From: an uncultured Ramlibacter sp.
GTDB lineage: Bacteria; Pseudomonadota; Gammaproteobacteria; Burkholderiales; Burkholderiaceae_C
NCBI GenBank assembly: GCA_964501495.1
Contig: CAZCTU010000001.1
Location: forward strand, 1-40,040
Length of the DNA stretch: 40,040 bases
Direction: 5' to 3'
The notes beneath the pieces are model-generated. The model was not told the DNA's origin and made no database searches. It worked only from the letters and a program-made list of their open reading frames with translations. How positions within the stretch are numbered: the stretch's first letter is position 1; each line of letters starts with the position of its first letter. This document shows, piece after piece, positions 8,675 through 17,531 of this stretch. The position numbers and the translations under genes were made by a program.

Positions 8675-9688
8675 TCAGGCCACGGCGCGACCGGAGAACT
8701 CCGTCACGGACGCCCTGCCCTGGCCGCTGCCCTCCAGTGGCCGGGTGTAGGCTTCCAGGAAGTCGATGAGGTCCTGAGCCGTGTCGGTGGCCGCGCGTGT
8801 GCGCGGAAAGATGTGGGGGTCACGTTCCTTGCGGTCGAACCAGATGCTGCCCGGGATCTTCTGCTCGGGCCGGCGCTCCGCGAGGAAGACGATGGTGTCC
8901 GCGCCCTGCGGGTCCTTGCGCAGCACCGACTTGAGCGTGGCCCGGAAGCGCGGCATCGAGCGTCCGACCGCAGCCGTGTCCACCCAGCCCGGATGCATCA
9001 CGTAGAAGCGCCGGCCGGTGCCGGCAAAGCGTTGGCGCCAGTAGTCCGTCATCACCACCTGGGCCCGCTTGGACAGGCCGTAGGCGCGCACACCCAGGTA
9101 GCCCTCGCCGGTGATGTTGAGGTCCTTGACGACCAGAGGGTGGTTGTACATGCCCCCGGAAGACGTCTCGATGACCACCGCATCGTCGGCGAGCAGGCCG
9201 CTCGCCAGCATTTCGCGCGTGAACAGGTAGTGGCTCAGGATGTTGGTGGCAAAGGAGGTCTCCAGCCCTTCGCGGGTGATGATCTGGTCCCGCTTCTGGA
9301 TGCCGACGTTGTTCACCAGCACGTCGATGTGGATGCCGCGCACCCGCAGGCGATCGAGCAGGTCCCGCACCTGCGACATGAGCGAGAAGTCCGCCGTCTC
9401 GCAGATGACGCGGCTGGGGAAGCCAGTGGACTGGGCAAAGGCGGCCATCTTGGCCGGGTCACGGGCCACGCAGATCACGGTGGCGCCCCCTGCGACGGCG
9501 CTGCGCGCGGCCGAGCCGCCGATGCCCTCGGAGCCGCCGACCACCAGCCAGGTCTGGCCCCGGAAGTCGCCCTTGAGCCGCCGCCAGAACAGGCTGCGAA
9601 AGTGGTAGCCGATCTTGCTGTAGCTCGGCGTGAACCGCACGTAAAAGCTGATGATCTTCTTCAGCGGCGCGTTGATCGGTTTGCTCAT
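8675..9688 (-). CDS. SDR family oxidoreductase (DHRS12-like)
   Basis: GGSEGIG, LVNNVG, SSGGMY, YGLSK and MHPGWVDT; strong GGAGG RBS before MSKPIN. Confidence 0.88.
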   Translation of the reverse strand: MSKPINAPLKKIISFYVRFTPSYSKIGYHFRSLFWRRLKGDFRGQTWLVVGGSEGIGGSAARSAVAGGATVICVARDPAKMAAFAQSTGFPSRVICETADFSLMSQVRDLLDRLRVRGIHIDVLVNNVGIQKRDQIITREGLETSFATNILSHYLFTREMLASGLLADDAVVIETSSGGMYNHPLVVKDLNITGEGYLGVRAYGLSKRAQVVMTDYWRQRFAGTGRRFYVMHPGWVDTAAVGRSMPRFRATLKSVLRKDPQGADTIVFLAERRPEQKIPGSIWFDRKERDPHIFPRTRAATDTAQDLIDFLEAYTRPLEGSGQGRASVTEFSGRAVA

Positions 9689-9751
9689 CTCCCCTCCTCC
9701 CTGCATATCGACCGGTGTGGTCTTCTTGTGGTGCGTGAATGGCGGATCGCG

Positions 9752-10183
9752 TCAGGCCGCGGCGCGGGGCGCATGGCCTGCAGCCCGCTCGAGCTGCGCG
9801 CGGTCGTAGTAGTCGCTCCAGCGCTTGATCTTGTCGCCCTCGAACTCGATCACGCCGACCGCGGGGCATTCGCCCCGGTGGCCGGGCAGCACGATCTCGT
9901 CGGTGCGCTCGACGAAGAGCACACCGCCGATCACCCCCATGCGGTGAATGTGCAGGGTGACCCGCTTGTGCTCGCCACCGAGCTTGGAGATGCGGTCGTA
10001 GATCGCCTGGCGGCTCACGACGGGCTCCAGCATCCGGGAGTGCAGCACGCCGTCGACGGCGAACAGGTCGGCGCAGGTCTCCCAGTCCTGCTCGTGCCAG
10101 GCCCGGGCCATGGTCCGGAACAGGTCCATCTTGCGCTGGTCGTCATTCATGGCGGTCATTGGCGGTGCGGTCCTCTGTGTCAT
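9752..10183 (-). CDS. Limonene-1,2-epoxide hydrolase / SnoaL-NTF2-like protein
   Basis: VLFVERTD and GDKIKRWSDYYD motifs; about 140 aa; exact start uncertain. Confidence 0.8.
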   Translation of the reverse strand: MTQRTAPPMTAMNDDQRKMDLFRTMARAWHEQDWETCADLFAVDGVLHSRMLEPVVSRQAIYDRISKLGGEHKRVTLHIHRMGVIGGVLFVERTDEIVLPGHRGECPAVGVIEFEGDKIKRWSDYYDRAQLERAAGHAPRAAA

Positions 10184-11172
10184 TCGGGTTTGATGCCGGC
10201 GCGCTTCATGATGTCGGGCCAGCGTGCGTAGTCGGCGGTGACCATAGCGGCAAACTGCTGCTGGCTCGCGCCGCCGGTGTCCAGCCCCAGCTCGCCGATG
10301 CGGCGTGCGACCTCGGGCAGCCGCAGCACCGCGTTGATGTCGGCCGCCAGCTGCTGGACGGCAGCCGCGGGCGACTTGGCAGGAACGAAGGTGCCGATCC
10401 AGCTGTAGGAGTCCAGCCCCTGGTAGCCCATGGAGGCGAAGGTTGGAAGGTTGCCGGCGCGCGGATCCGGCTTCGAGATGGCCAGCAGGCGGATCTTGCC
10501 CGCCTCCAGGTGGGGCTTCATCGTGGCGTAGTCGCTGAAGGCGCAGATCACTTCGCCGCCCACCAGGGCGGTCACCACCGAGGCGCTGCCCTTGTAGGGA
10601 ACGTGGATCAGGTCCAGGCCGGCGGCTTCATTGAGCTGCACGCCGTACAGGTGCCCCATGGAGGCCACGCCCACCGAGGCGTAGCTGTGGGTCTTGGGCT
10701 TGCGCTTGATCTCGGCGACGAACTCCGGGAGGGTCCGGGCGTTGGTCATGCTGGCATTGACCGCCAGGATGAGGGGCGCACCGCCCAATTCCACCACCGG
10801 CGTGAGGTCACGCATCACGTCATAGGGCATCCTGGCGATGGCGTTGGGCGCCTGCACGATCAGCTGGTTGGTCACCAGCAGGGTGTGCGCATCGCCGGGG
10901 GCCTTGGCCACCAGGTCGGCGCCGATGGTGCCGCTGGCGCCCGGCTTGTTCTCCACCACCACGCTCTGGCCCCAGCGCTCCTGCAGGTGCTGCTGCAGCA
11001 GGCGCGCAAGGAAGTCCCCGGCCCCGCCGGGCGCAAAGGCCACCACCATCCGGACCGGTTTGGTCGGAAAGTTGCGCGCCTGGCCATGGGCCAGGGGCAG
11101 CCCGGCGAACGCGGCGGAACTCACGAGGCCCGCCTGCAGGATGCGGCGGCGGCTTGGCTGGAAGGGGGTCAT
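10180..11172 (-). CDS. Bug/TctC tripartite tricarboxylate transporter substrate-binding protein
   Basis: Tat-like SRRRIL signal, FPTKPVRMVVAFAPGG, VVVENKPGASG and HVPYKG. Confidence 0.93.
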   Translation of the reverse strand: MTPFQPSRRRILQAGLVSSAAFAGLPLAHGQARNFPTKPVRMVVAFAPGGAGDFLARLLQQHLQERWGQSVVVENKPGASGTIGADLVAKAPGDAHTLLVTNQLIVQAPNAIARMPYDVMRDLTPVVELGGAPLILAVNASMTNARTLPEFVAEIKRKPKTHSYASVGVASMGHLYGVQLNEAAGLDLIHVPYKGSASVVTALVGGEVICAFSDYATMKPHLEAGKIRLLAISKPDPRAGNLPTFASMGYQGLDSYSWIGTFVPAKSPAAAVQQLAADINAVLRLPEVARRIGELGLDTGGASQQQFAAMVTADYARWPDIMKRAGIKPE

Positions 11173-11253
11173 GCGGCTTGTCTCCTGTCGTGGTCCGGCG
11201 CCGCGCAACACTGCGGCAACCGGTGGTCCGCAATCTATCGGGGCCCTCCCCGT

Positions 11254-11272
11254 GGCCGAAATGATTTCAGCC
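11254..11272. promoter_or_regulatory. Candidate IclR operator, imperfect palindrome GGCCGAAATGATTTCAGCC
   Basis: GAAAT-N-ATTTC core matches the E. coli IclR-box core; lies between the iclR stop and the Bug-LEH-SDR operon start. Confidence 0.55.
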
Positions 11273-11329
11273 GGATTTCTCAGCCACCAAGAAAATCAGG
11301 GTTCACCCGGGCCTGCGGCCCATGCCGCT

Positions 11330-12130
11330 TCAGGAGGCGGGCGCCACGTAGGGCGCCAGCTCCTCCTGCAGCATCCGACCGAGGTCACGCATGCGCCGTA
11401 CCCCCATGCGAGAACGGACCGCCGCAATGCTCACACCGGCGCTGGCCGTGGGCGACATCGCGAAGGCATAGCCCACCCCCGCGGCGCCTGCCAGCCCGAG
11501 GTCCCGGACCTCGGCATACCCATGTTCCCGCACAAAGGCCACGTGCTGGCGCAGCAGCGACAGGGTCAGCCCCTGCTGCAGATAGCTGCGGACATGGCGC
11601 GCGTGCAGGGCCGCGACCTCGGCGTCGGTCTCCCGCGCCAGCAGGCAGATGCCCACCGCGCTGATCGCCATCGGCCGGCGCCGGCCCGGCTCGGCCACGA
11701 AGGCCTTGAGCGGGAAGGCCCCCTCCTGGCGCGCGACATAGACCACCTCGTCACCGCTGGGGACGGCGAGGAATACCGTGTCCTCGCACAGGCGGGCGAT
11801 CTTGTGCAGCACCGGCCGGAAGCGTTCGACCAGGGGCGACATGTCGGGCGCGAAGAACCCGAGCTGGATCGACTCCACGCCCAGGCGGTAGCGCTTGGTC
11901 GAGGGAATGCGCTCGACGAAGCCCTCGTCGACCAGCGCCTGCAGCTGCCGCCCGATGGTGGACTTGTCCTGGCCCGACAAGACCACCAGATCGGTCAGTC
12001 GCAGGCCTTCCGCATGGTGGGCCCCGACGAGCTTGAGCAGGGCCAGGGCGCGCCGGGTGCCCTGCGAGTCGGGCGCAGCCGCAGCCTTCGCCGCGCCGGC
12101 AGCGCGCCCAGGTCCTGTCGCGCCGGCCAT
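11330..12130 (-). CDS. IclR family transcriptional regulator
   Basis: RRALALL..GLRLTDL...DKSTIGRQLQALVDEGFV HTH, YRLG and C-terminal SAVG..LLA effector domain. Confidence 0.9.
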   Translation of the reverse strand: MAGATGPGRAAGAAKAAAAPDSQGTRRALALLKLVGAHHAEGLRLTDLVVLSGQDKSTIGRQLQALVDEGFVERIPSTKRYRLGVESIQLGFFAPDMSPLVERFRPVLHKIARLCEDTVFLAVPSGDEVVYVARQEGAFPLKAFVAEPGRRRPMAISAVGICLLARETDAEVAALHARHVRSYLQQGLTLSLLRQHVAFVREHGYAEVRDLGLAGAAGVGYAFAMSPTASAGVSIAAVRSRMGVRRMRDLGRMLQEELAPYVAPAS

Positions 12131-12131
12131 G

Positions 12132-13043
12132 TCAGTGCGAATGCCCCCAGAGGACCATCGCGTCGCGGTCTTCGACCACCAGGTCCACCGCAGTGCCCAC
12201 CGGCAGGCAGACCTTGGTGGCCACATGGCCGAAGGGCAGTCCGGTGAACACCGGCGCCTTGACGCGGGTCCGTAGCCAGTCGACCACCGTCTGCAATTTG
12301 AAGCCCTTGTCGTGGGGCACCGTCTTGTAGGCGGTGAACTGGCCCAGGAGGATGGCCTTCTGCTGGCCGAGGATGCCGGCATGCAGCAGCTGGGTCAGCA
12401 TGCGTTCGACCCGGTAGGGGTGCTCGTTCACGTCCTCGAGGAAGAGGATGCCGCCCTTCGCCGGTGGCAGCCAGGGCGTGCCCACCATCGACACCAGCAC
12501 GCTGAGGTTGCCGCCCCAGAGCGTGCCGCGGGTGTGAAAGGATTTTTCCCGCGCTTCCGCCTTGGGCAGCTGCCAGCCCGTGCCCTCCCCTGCGCCACCG
12601 GCGAGGTCGTCGAAGCAGGCCAGCATGATGTCGTCGGGTTCGCCCTCGACGCCGAAGTCCTCACCCAGGGCCGGACCCGACCAGGTCACCACGCCAGCCT
12701 TGGCGGCGACCGCGTTCTGGAAGGCGGTGAAGTCGGAGAGGCCCACGAACCGGGTGCCACGCGCCACCGCCTTCGCGACCGCCTTGTAGGGCAGGTCGGG
12801 CAGAAGCCGGGTGAGGCCGTAGCCGCCCCGGGTGATGAGCGCGATGTCCGCGCCACTGGCCGCGGCCCGTCCGATGGCGGCCAGGCGGGTGGCGTCGTCG
12901 CCGGCAAAGCGCATGTGGCTGGCCAGGGCGTCCGGGTCGACCTCGACCTCATGGCCCATGGCCTTGAGTCGGGCGATGCCGCGGCGGAAGGAGGCGCGGT
13001 CACGGACGGCGCTGGAGGGCGAGTAGAGGTAGATGTGGCTCAC
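12132..13043 (-). CDS. ldcA: LD-carboxypeptidase (peptidase S66)
   Basis: RGGYG, GLSDFT (Ser nucleophile), GGNLSV, FLEDVNE and PFGH; GTG start overlaps the tadA stop (GTGA). Confidence 0.92.
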   Translation of the reverse strand: MSHIYLYSPSSAVRDRASFRRGIARLKAMGHEVEVDPDALASHMRFAGDDATRLAAIGRAAASGADIALITRGGYGLTRLLPDLPYKAVAKAVARGTRFVGLSDFTAFQNAVAAKAGVVTWSGPALGEDFGVEGEPDDIMLACFDDLAGGAGEGTGWQLPKAEAREKSFHTRGTLWGGNLSVLVSMVGTPWLPPAKGGILFLEDVNEHPYRVERMLTQLLHAGILGQQKAILLGQFTAYKTVPHDKGFKLQTVVDWLRTRVKAPVFTGLPFGHVATKVCLPVGTAVDLVVEDRDAMVLWGHSH

Positions 13044-14137
13044 GGGGTGGCAGCGTTGAATTGTTCGATGGCGCGCGCAGCGGCGGCAGCGCCCTCCTCC
13101 GTCGGCACCGGGTCTTCGGGCGAGACCAGTCCGTCGAAGGTACGCAGCGCGGCGCGGTGGCCGCGGTCGGGAAAAGGCGCCTCGAAGGCGTCGTGCATGG
13201 CCGCGTCGGTGCGCAGATTGACCGGATGCAGGCCGAGGCAGCGACCTGGCTCGGTGAGCAGGAGGCCCTTGCCCAGGGGCAGGCCGGCCGCCTGGACCAC
13301 GACCACCTGGCGCAGGTCCAGGCGCGCGATCAGCTCGCGCAGGACCTGCAGGTGCCAGTCCATGTCGTGCGCGGTTTCCCGCTTGGGCTTGTCGCTGCGG
13401 CCGAACCCGGGCAGGTCGGGCGCGACCACCCGGTGTCCCGCGCGCAGGAAGGCCGGGATCAAGTCGCGGAACTGGTAGCTCCAGGCCTCGGGCCCGTGCA
13501 GGCACAGCCAGGTGCGGGGCGCGTCCTCCGGGCCCTCGTCCACATGGTGCAGGCGAAGGCCCGGCGCGGCCGGCAGGTCCGACAGGTAGTGGGGCTCCCA
13601 GGGGAAGGCGCGCAGCGCGTCGAAGCGGGACTCGGGCGTGCGCAGCGCGTCCTCGCGCAGCGGGGTGCCCTGCTGGCGGACCACCTCGCGGCGCTGCTGG
13701 AAGAACTCGGCGAGCAGCGCGCCGCACTCCTCGGCCAGCACGCCACCTTCGATCGTGGTCTGGTGATTGAGGCGCTTAGCCTTGAACAGGTCGACCACCG
13801 AGCCGGCGGCGCCGGTCTTGGGGTCTGCGGCGCCATAGACCACACGGGCCAGGCGCGAATGCAGCATCGCGCCGCTGCACATCGCGCAGGGCTCGAGGGT
13901 GACGAAGAGCTCGCAGCCCTCGAGCCGGTAGTTGCCCAGGGCCTGGGCCGCCGCGCGCAGCGCCATGACCTCGGCGTGGGCGGTCGGGTCGCTGCGCCCG
14001 ATCGGCTGGTTGTGGCCCACCCCCACCACACGCTCGCCCTGCACGACCACGGCGCCCACCGGCACTTCGCCGTCGGCGCGGGCCTGGCGGGCCTGGGCCA
14101 GCGCCAGTTGCATGAAGGCTTCGTCGCGTGTTGGCAT
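13040..14137 (-). CDS. tadA: tRNA adenosine(34) deaminase TadA fused to a degenerate haloalkane-dehalogenase-like alpha/beta hydrolase domain
   Basis: GEVPVGAV, DPTAHAE, TLEPCAMC and DPKTGAAGS; C-terminal LRTP..RF, CLHG..WSY and APDLPGFGRSDKP. Confidence 0.93.
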   Translation of the reverse strand: MPTRDEAFMQLALAQARQARADGEVPVGAVVVQGERVVGVGHNQPIGRSDPTAHAEVMALRAAAQALGNYRLEGCELFVTLEPCAMCSGAMLHSRLARVVYGAADPKTGAAGSVVDLFKAKRLNHQTTIEGGVLAEECGALLAEFFQQRREVVRQQGTPLREDALRTPESRFDALRAFPWEPHYLSDLPAAPGLRLHHVDEGPEDAPRTWLCLHGPEAWSYQFRDLIPAFLRAGHRVVAPDLPGFGRSDKPKRETAHDMDWHLQVLRELIARLDLRQVVVVQAAGLPLGKGLLLTEPGRCLGLHPVNLRTDAAMHDAFEAPFPDRGHRAALRTFDGLVSPEDPVPTEEGAAAAARAIEQFNAATP

Positions 14138-14208
14138 GGAGGCGATTGTGCCTGCAGGGGCCACCGGGCCCGGGACGTGCACAGGTGACGGGGTGGTGGA
14201 CCCGCCGC

Positions 14209-15303
14209 TCAGGCCAGGGCGGCGGCAGCAGGATCTCCGAAGACCGAGACCCGGTTGCGCCCTCCCCGCTTGGCTTCGTAGAGGGCCTGGTCGGCCTCAC
14301 GCTGGATATCGCGCAGGCTCGGGGGCCCATCGGCTCGACCGCCATGCCCATACGCAGCAACCCCGATGCTGGCGGTGACCGGCAAGGGCTGCCCGCCCGC
14401 CATGGGGCGCAGCAGCTCGATGGCCAGCCGCAGTCGCTCGCCGAGGATGCGCGCGCCCTCGAGGTCGGTCTCTGGCAGGAACACCGAGAACTCCTCGCCG
14501 CCGATGCGGCCCACGAGGTCACCCTCACGCACGCCGGCCGAGAGGCACTGGGCCACCGAGCGCAGGACCGCGTCGCCGGCCTCGTGGCCCCAGGTGTCGT
14601 TGATCGTCTTGAAATGATCCAGGTCGACGAACAGGACCGCAAAGGGACGGCCACTGCGGCGGCTGTTGGCCACCAGACGCTCGCCCAGGGTGTAGAACGC
14701 CCGGCTGTTGAAGGCGCCGGTGAGCATGTCCCGCAGCGCCAGCTGCCGCAGCTGGAAGAACAGCCGCAGCATCTGGCTCATGTAGGCGTGGAAGAAGGCG
14801 CCCATGAACAGGAAGCTCACCACCGCCGTCGCCACCGCGCCCGGCGAGTAGGGCGCGCTGAGGAAAGGATTGCCCAGGACCAGTCCGAGCACGGTGAGCA
14901 CGGTGATCACGCCGCCCACCAGCCGCCCGAGCAGCAGGTAGACGCCCGGGATGTTGGTGAACAGCCAGAGGATGCGCAGCTCGTCACCCGGCACAAAGGC
15001 CAGGGCCGAGATGTACTCGAGCACGCATATCAGTTCGTAGGCCCAGGCGACCGGCAAGAACCATTGCCGACGTCCGCGCAGTCCCAGCCACAGCAGGAAG
15101 GAGCCCGCGGTGAACAGGCGCATGGACCGCACATGGTCCGCCGGGATCGCGTCCGGGTTGCCCGCCACCAGCGCCAGGAAGATGCCGGTCGCCAGGGCGC
15201 CAAAACCCAGCAGCACCATCAGGAACTTGTAGCGAAATTCCTGCAGCTGCTCGGTTTCCTCGAACTGCAGGTTCCCGAAATACCACCTTCCAAGGCCATG
15301 CAT
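14209..15303 (-). CDS. Membrane-bound diguanylate cyclase (GGDEF domain)
   Basis: Several N-terminal TM helices; D.LTG, DLDHFK.INDTWGH.AGD and RxxD I-site (REGD) before GGEEF; AAGGAG RBS. Confidence 0.93.
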   Translation of the reverse strand: MHGLGRWYFGNLQFEETEQLQEFRYKFLMVLLGFGALATGIFLALVAGNPDAIPADHVRSMRLFTAGSFLLWLGLRGRRQWFLPVAWAYELICVLEYISALAFVPGDELRILWLFTNIPGVYLLLGRLVGGVITVLTVLGLVLGNPFLSAPYSPGAVATAVVSFLFMGAFFHAYMSQMLRLFFQLRQLALRDMLTGAFNSRAFYTLGERLVANSRRSGRPFAVLFVDLDHFKTINDTWGHEAGDAVLRSVAQCLSAGVREGDLVGRIGGEEFSVFLPETDLEGARILGERLRLAIELLRPMAGGQPLPVTASIGVAAYGHGGRADGPPSLRDIQREADQALYEAKRGGRNRVSVFGDPAAAALA

Positions 15304-15459
15304 CGCTCATCTCTCCTTGACAGGCCAATTATTGGTCAATTCACGCAAGGATCGGAAAGGCCGGCCACCCTGCCCGGCTCCCGCCTGCAGCCGCATTCGG
15401 TCAGAGGCGAAGAGAAACTTGCGGATGTCGCCCAGGCCACCGTTCTGTCCGCCTTGCAA

Positions 15460-15474
15460 TTCCGGATTCCGGAA
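15460..15474. promoter_or_regulatory. Perfect 7-1-7 palindrome TTCCGGA-T-TCCGGAA, candidate (IclR-type) operator
   Basis: Exact inverted repeat in the divergent intergenic region upstream of the hydrolase-Bug-CCO operon. Confidence 0.5.
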
Positions 15475-15585
15475 CTTCCAACGGCTTTCCTTGCCGATGG
15501 GCACTGCACTCCCAAGAATGCGACGGCGCATCGGATGCGGCCCTCCAGCCGGCCGTTTGCCTGGACCCACTCAACGATTTTCAAA

Positions 15586-16386
15586 GTGCAGAACATTCCA
15601 CGAATCCCCGACCACTGCGTCGCCGGCGAAGGCGACACCACCGTTTTCCTGCTTCATGGGGCCTACGGCTCCAAGGACTATTTCCGCGAGCTGATCGCCT
15701 CCCTGGTGGGCGCCGGCCTGCGCGTCGTCGCCTGGGATGCGCCGGGCTACGGCCTGAGCAAGCTGCCGGCCCAGCCCCTGTCCATCGAGTACATGGCCGA
15801 GGCCGCCGCGCGCCTGGTCGACCAGGAGGCCACCGCCACCAATGTGGTGCTGGGCCACAGCATGGGCGGCATCATCGCGCCGCTGGTGGGTGTGCTGCGC
15901 CCGAAGACGGTCCACGGCGTGGTGGTCTCGGCCACCGTCGGCTCCTTCTCGCAAAAGAGCGAGGCCGACCGCAAGACCTTCCTGGCTGAACGCATCGACC
16001 CGCTCAAGGCCGGCAAGACCTTCCGCGAAACCGCCAAGGCGGTGGTGGACAGCATGTTCGCGCCGACCTCCCGCGGCCCCCGGGTGGACATGGTGCGCGA
16101 GGTGGCCCTGAGCACCGCCTCCGAGACCTTCATCCAGGCCATCGGCGCCATCGTCAATTACCGCGGCGAGGACACGCTGGTGCAGCTGAAGGCGCCCACC
16201 CTGCTCCTGGCCGGGGCGCACGACAAGGTCGGCCGCCCCGAGGGGATGCGCAAGATCCAGGCGGAGTTCGTCCCGCATGCGCAGATGGAAATCCTGCCGG
16301 ACTCGGGGCACTACGCCTTTGCCGAGGAACCCGAGGCATTCAACCGGCACCTGCTGGCCTTCGTCGAGCAGGTCCGCCGCCGCTGA
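15586..16386 (+). CDS. Alpha/beta fold hydrolase (enol-lactonase/MhpC-like)
   Basis: LLHG, WDAPGYG, GHSMGG nucleophile, GAHD and DSGH; start uncertain (GTG 15586 or ATG 15535). Confidence 0.88.
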   Translation: MQNIPRIPDHCVAGEGDTTVFLLHGAYGSKDYFRELIASLVGAGLRVVAWDAPGYGLSKLPAQPLSIEYMAEAAARLVDQEATATNVVLGHSMGGIIAPLVGVLRPKTVHGVVVSATVGSFSQKSEADRKTFLAERIDPLKAGKTFRETAKAVVDSMFAPTSRGPRVDMVREVALSTASETFIQAIGAIVNYRGEDTLVQLKAPTLLLAGAHDKVGRPEGMRKIQAEFVPHAQMEILPDSGHYAFAEEPEAFNRHLLAFVEQVRRR

Positions 16387-16494
16387 CGCGCCCAAGCCCC
16401 TCCCCGCCAAGAACCCACGTATCCCGCTGGATCCGGACCTGCGACGCCAGGCCGGAAGGTCCAGAGGAAAAGAACTCACATCCAAGGAGACACC

Positions 16495-17490
16495 ATGACC
16501 CATCCCCAGCGCCGCCACTGGCTGTCCGCCGCGTTCAGCGCACTCGCCCTCGCGGCCACCCTGGCCACGCCGATGGCCGCCCAGGCGCAGGCCGAGGCCT
16601 GGCCCAGCAAGCCGATCAAGCTGATCGTCCCCTACCCGCCCGGTGGCCTGACCGACATCGTGAGCCGCGCCCTGGGCGACGAGCTCGGACGCCAGCTTGG
16701 CGGGCAGGTGGTGATCGAGAACAAGGCTGGCGCCGGCGGCCAGGTGGGCCTGGAGCAGCTGCTGCAGGCGCCGCGTGACGGGCACACCATCGCCCTGGTC
16801 GTTCCGGCAACCATGATCACCCTGCCGTTGACCAACCCCAGCTACAAGATCAAGCCGCTCGAGCAGCTGGAACCCATCACCGGCGCGGTCGACACCTTCC
16901 TCACCCTGGTGGTGGACAGCAAGCTCGGCGTGAATTCGCTGCAGGACTTCGTCGCCCAGGCCAAGCGAAACCCCGGCAAGTTCAACTACGGCACCCCGGG
17001 CGTCGGCACCAGCTTCCACTTCAACAACGTGGCCATGGCCACCAAGCTGGGCATCGACACGGTGCACGTCCCCTACCAGGGCGAGGTGAAGATCCTCACC
17101 GACATCGCGGGCGGGGCACTCCAGTACGCGCTGGTGTCCAACGCGGGCAAGCCGTTCATCGACAGCGGCCAGGTGCGGGCTCTGGCCGTGAGCTCGGCCA
17201 AGCGGGTGACCTCCCAGCCCAATGTGCCGACCTTCAAGGAGCAGGGCGTCGACTTCCAGTCGGATGGCTGGGTCGGCTATGTGGTGGCCAAGGGAACGCC
17301 CAAGCCCCTGGTGGACCGCATCAGTGCCGCTTTCACCAAGACGCTGCAGAACCCCGCCGTCAACAAGCGCCTGTCCGATATGGGCTACATCGTGACCGCC
17401 AGCAGCCCCGAGCAGTTCACCCGCTCGATCCAGGAAGGCACCAAGACCTACGCCGACCTGATCCGCAGCGGCCGCATCAAGCTCGACTGA
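16495..17490 (+). CDS. Bug/TctC substrate-binding protein
   Basis: Signal peptide, WPSKPIKLIVPYPPGG.TD, ENKAGAGG and HVPYQG; AAGGAG RBS. Confidence 0.93.
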   Translation: MTHPQRRHWLSAAFSALALAATLATPMAAQAQAEAWPSKPIKLIVPYPPGGLTDIVSRALGDELGRQLGGQVVIENKAGAGGQVGLEQLLQAPRDGHTIALVVPATMITLPLTNPSYKIKPLEQLEPITGAVDTFLTLVVDSKLGVNSLQDFVAQAKRNPGKFNYGTPGVGTSFHFNNVAMATKLGIDTVHVPYQGEVKILTDIAGGALQYALVSNAGKPFIDSGQVRALAVSSAKRVTSQPNVPTFKEQGVDFQSDGWVGYVVAKGTPKPLVDRISAAFTKTLQNPAVNKRLSDMGYIVTASSPEQFTRSIQEGTKTYADLIRSGRIKLD

Positions 17491-17531
17491 CAGCGCGCCT
17501 CGCGACAGCCCCGATACCCCCGGAGACCCCC

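Noticed and set aside
14128-15530. 752-aa plus-strand ORF suggesting a large hydrolase fusion
   Set aside because: Its 5' part is the antisense shadow of the GGDEF gene plus intergenic DNA; only the last ~267 aa have hydrolase motifs.
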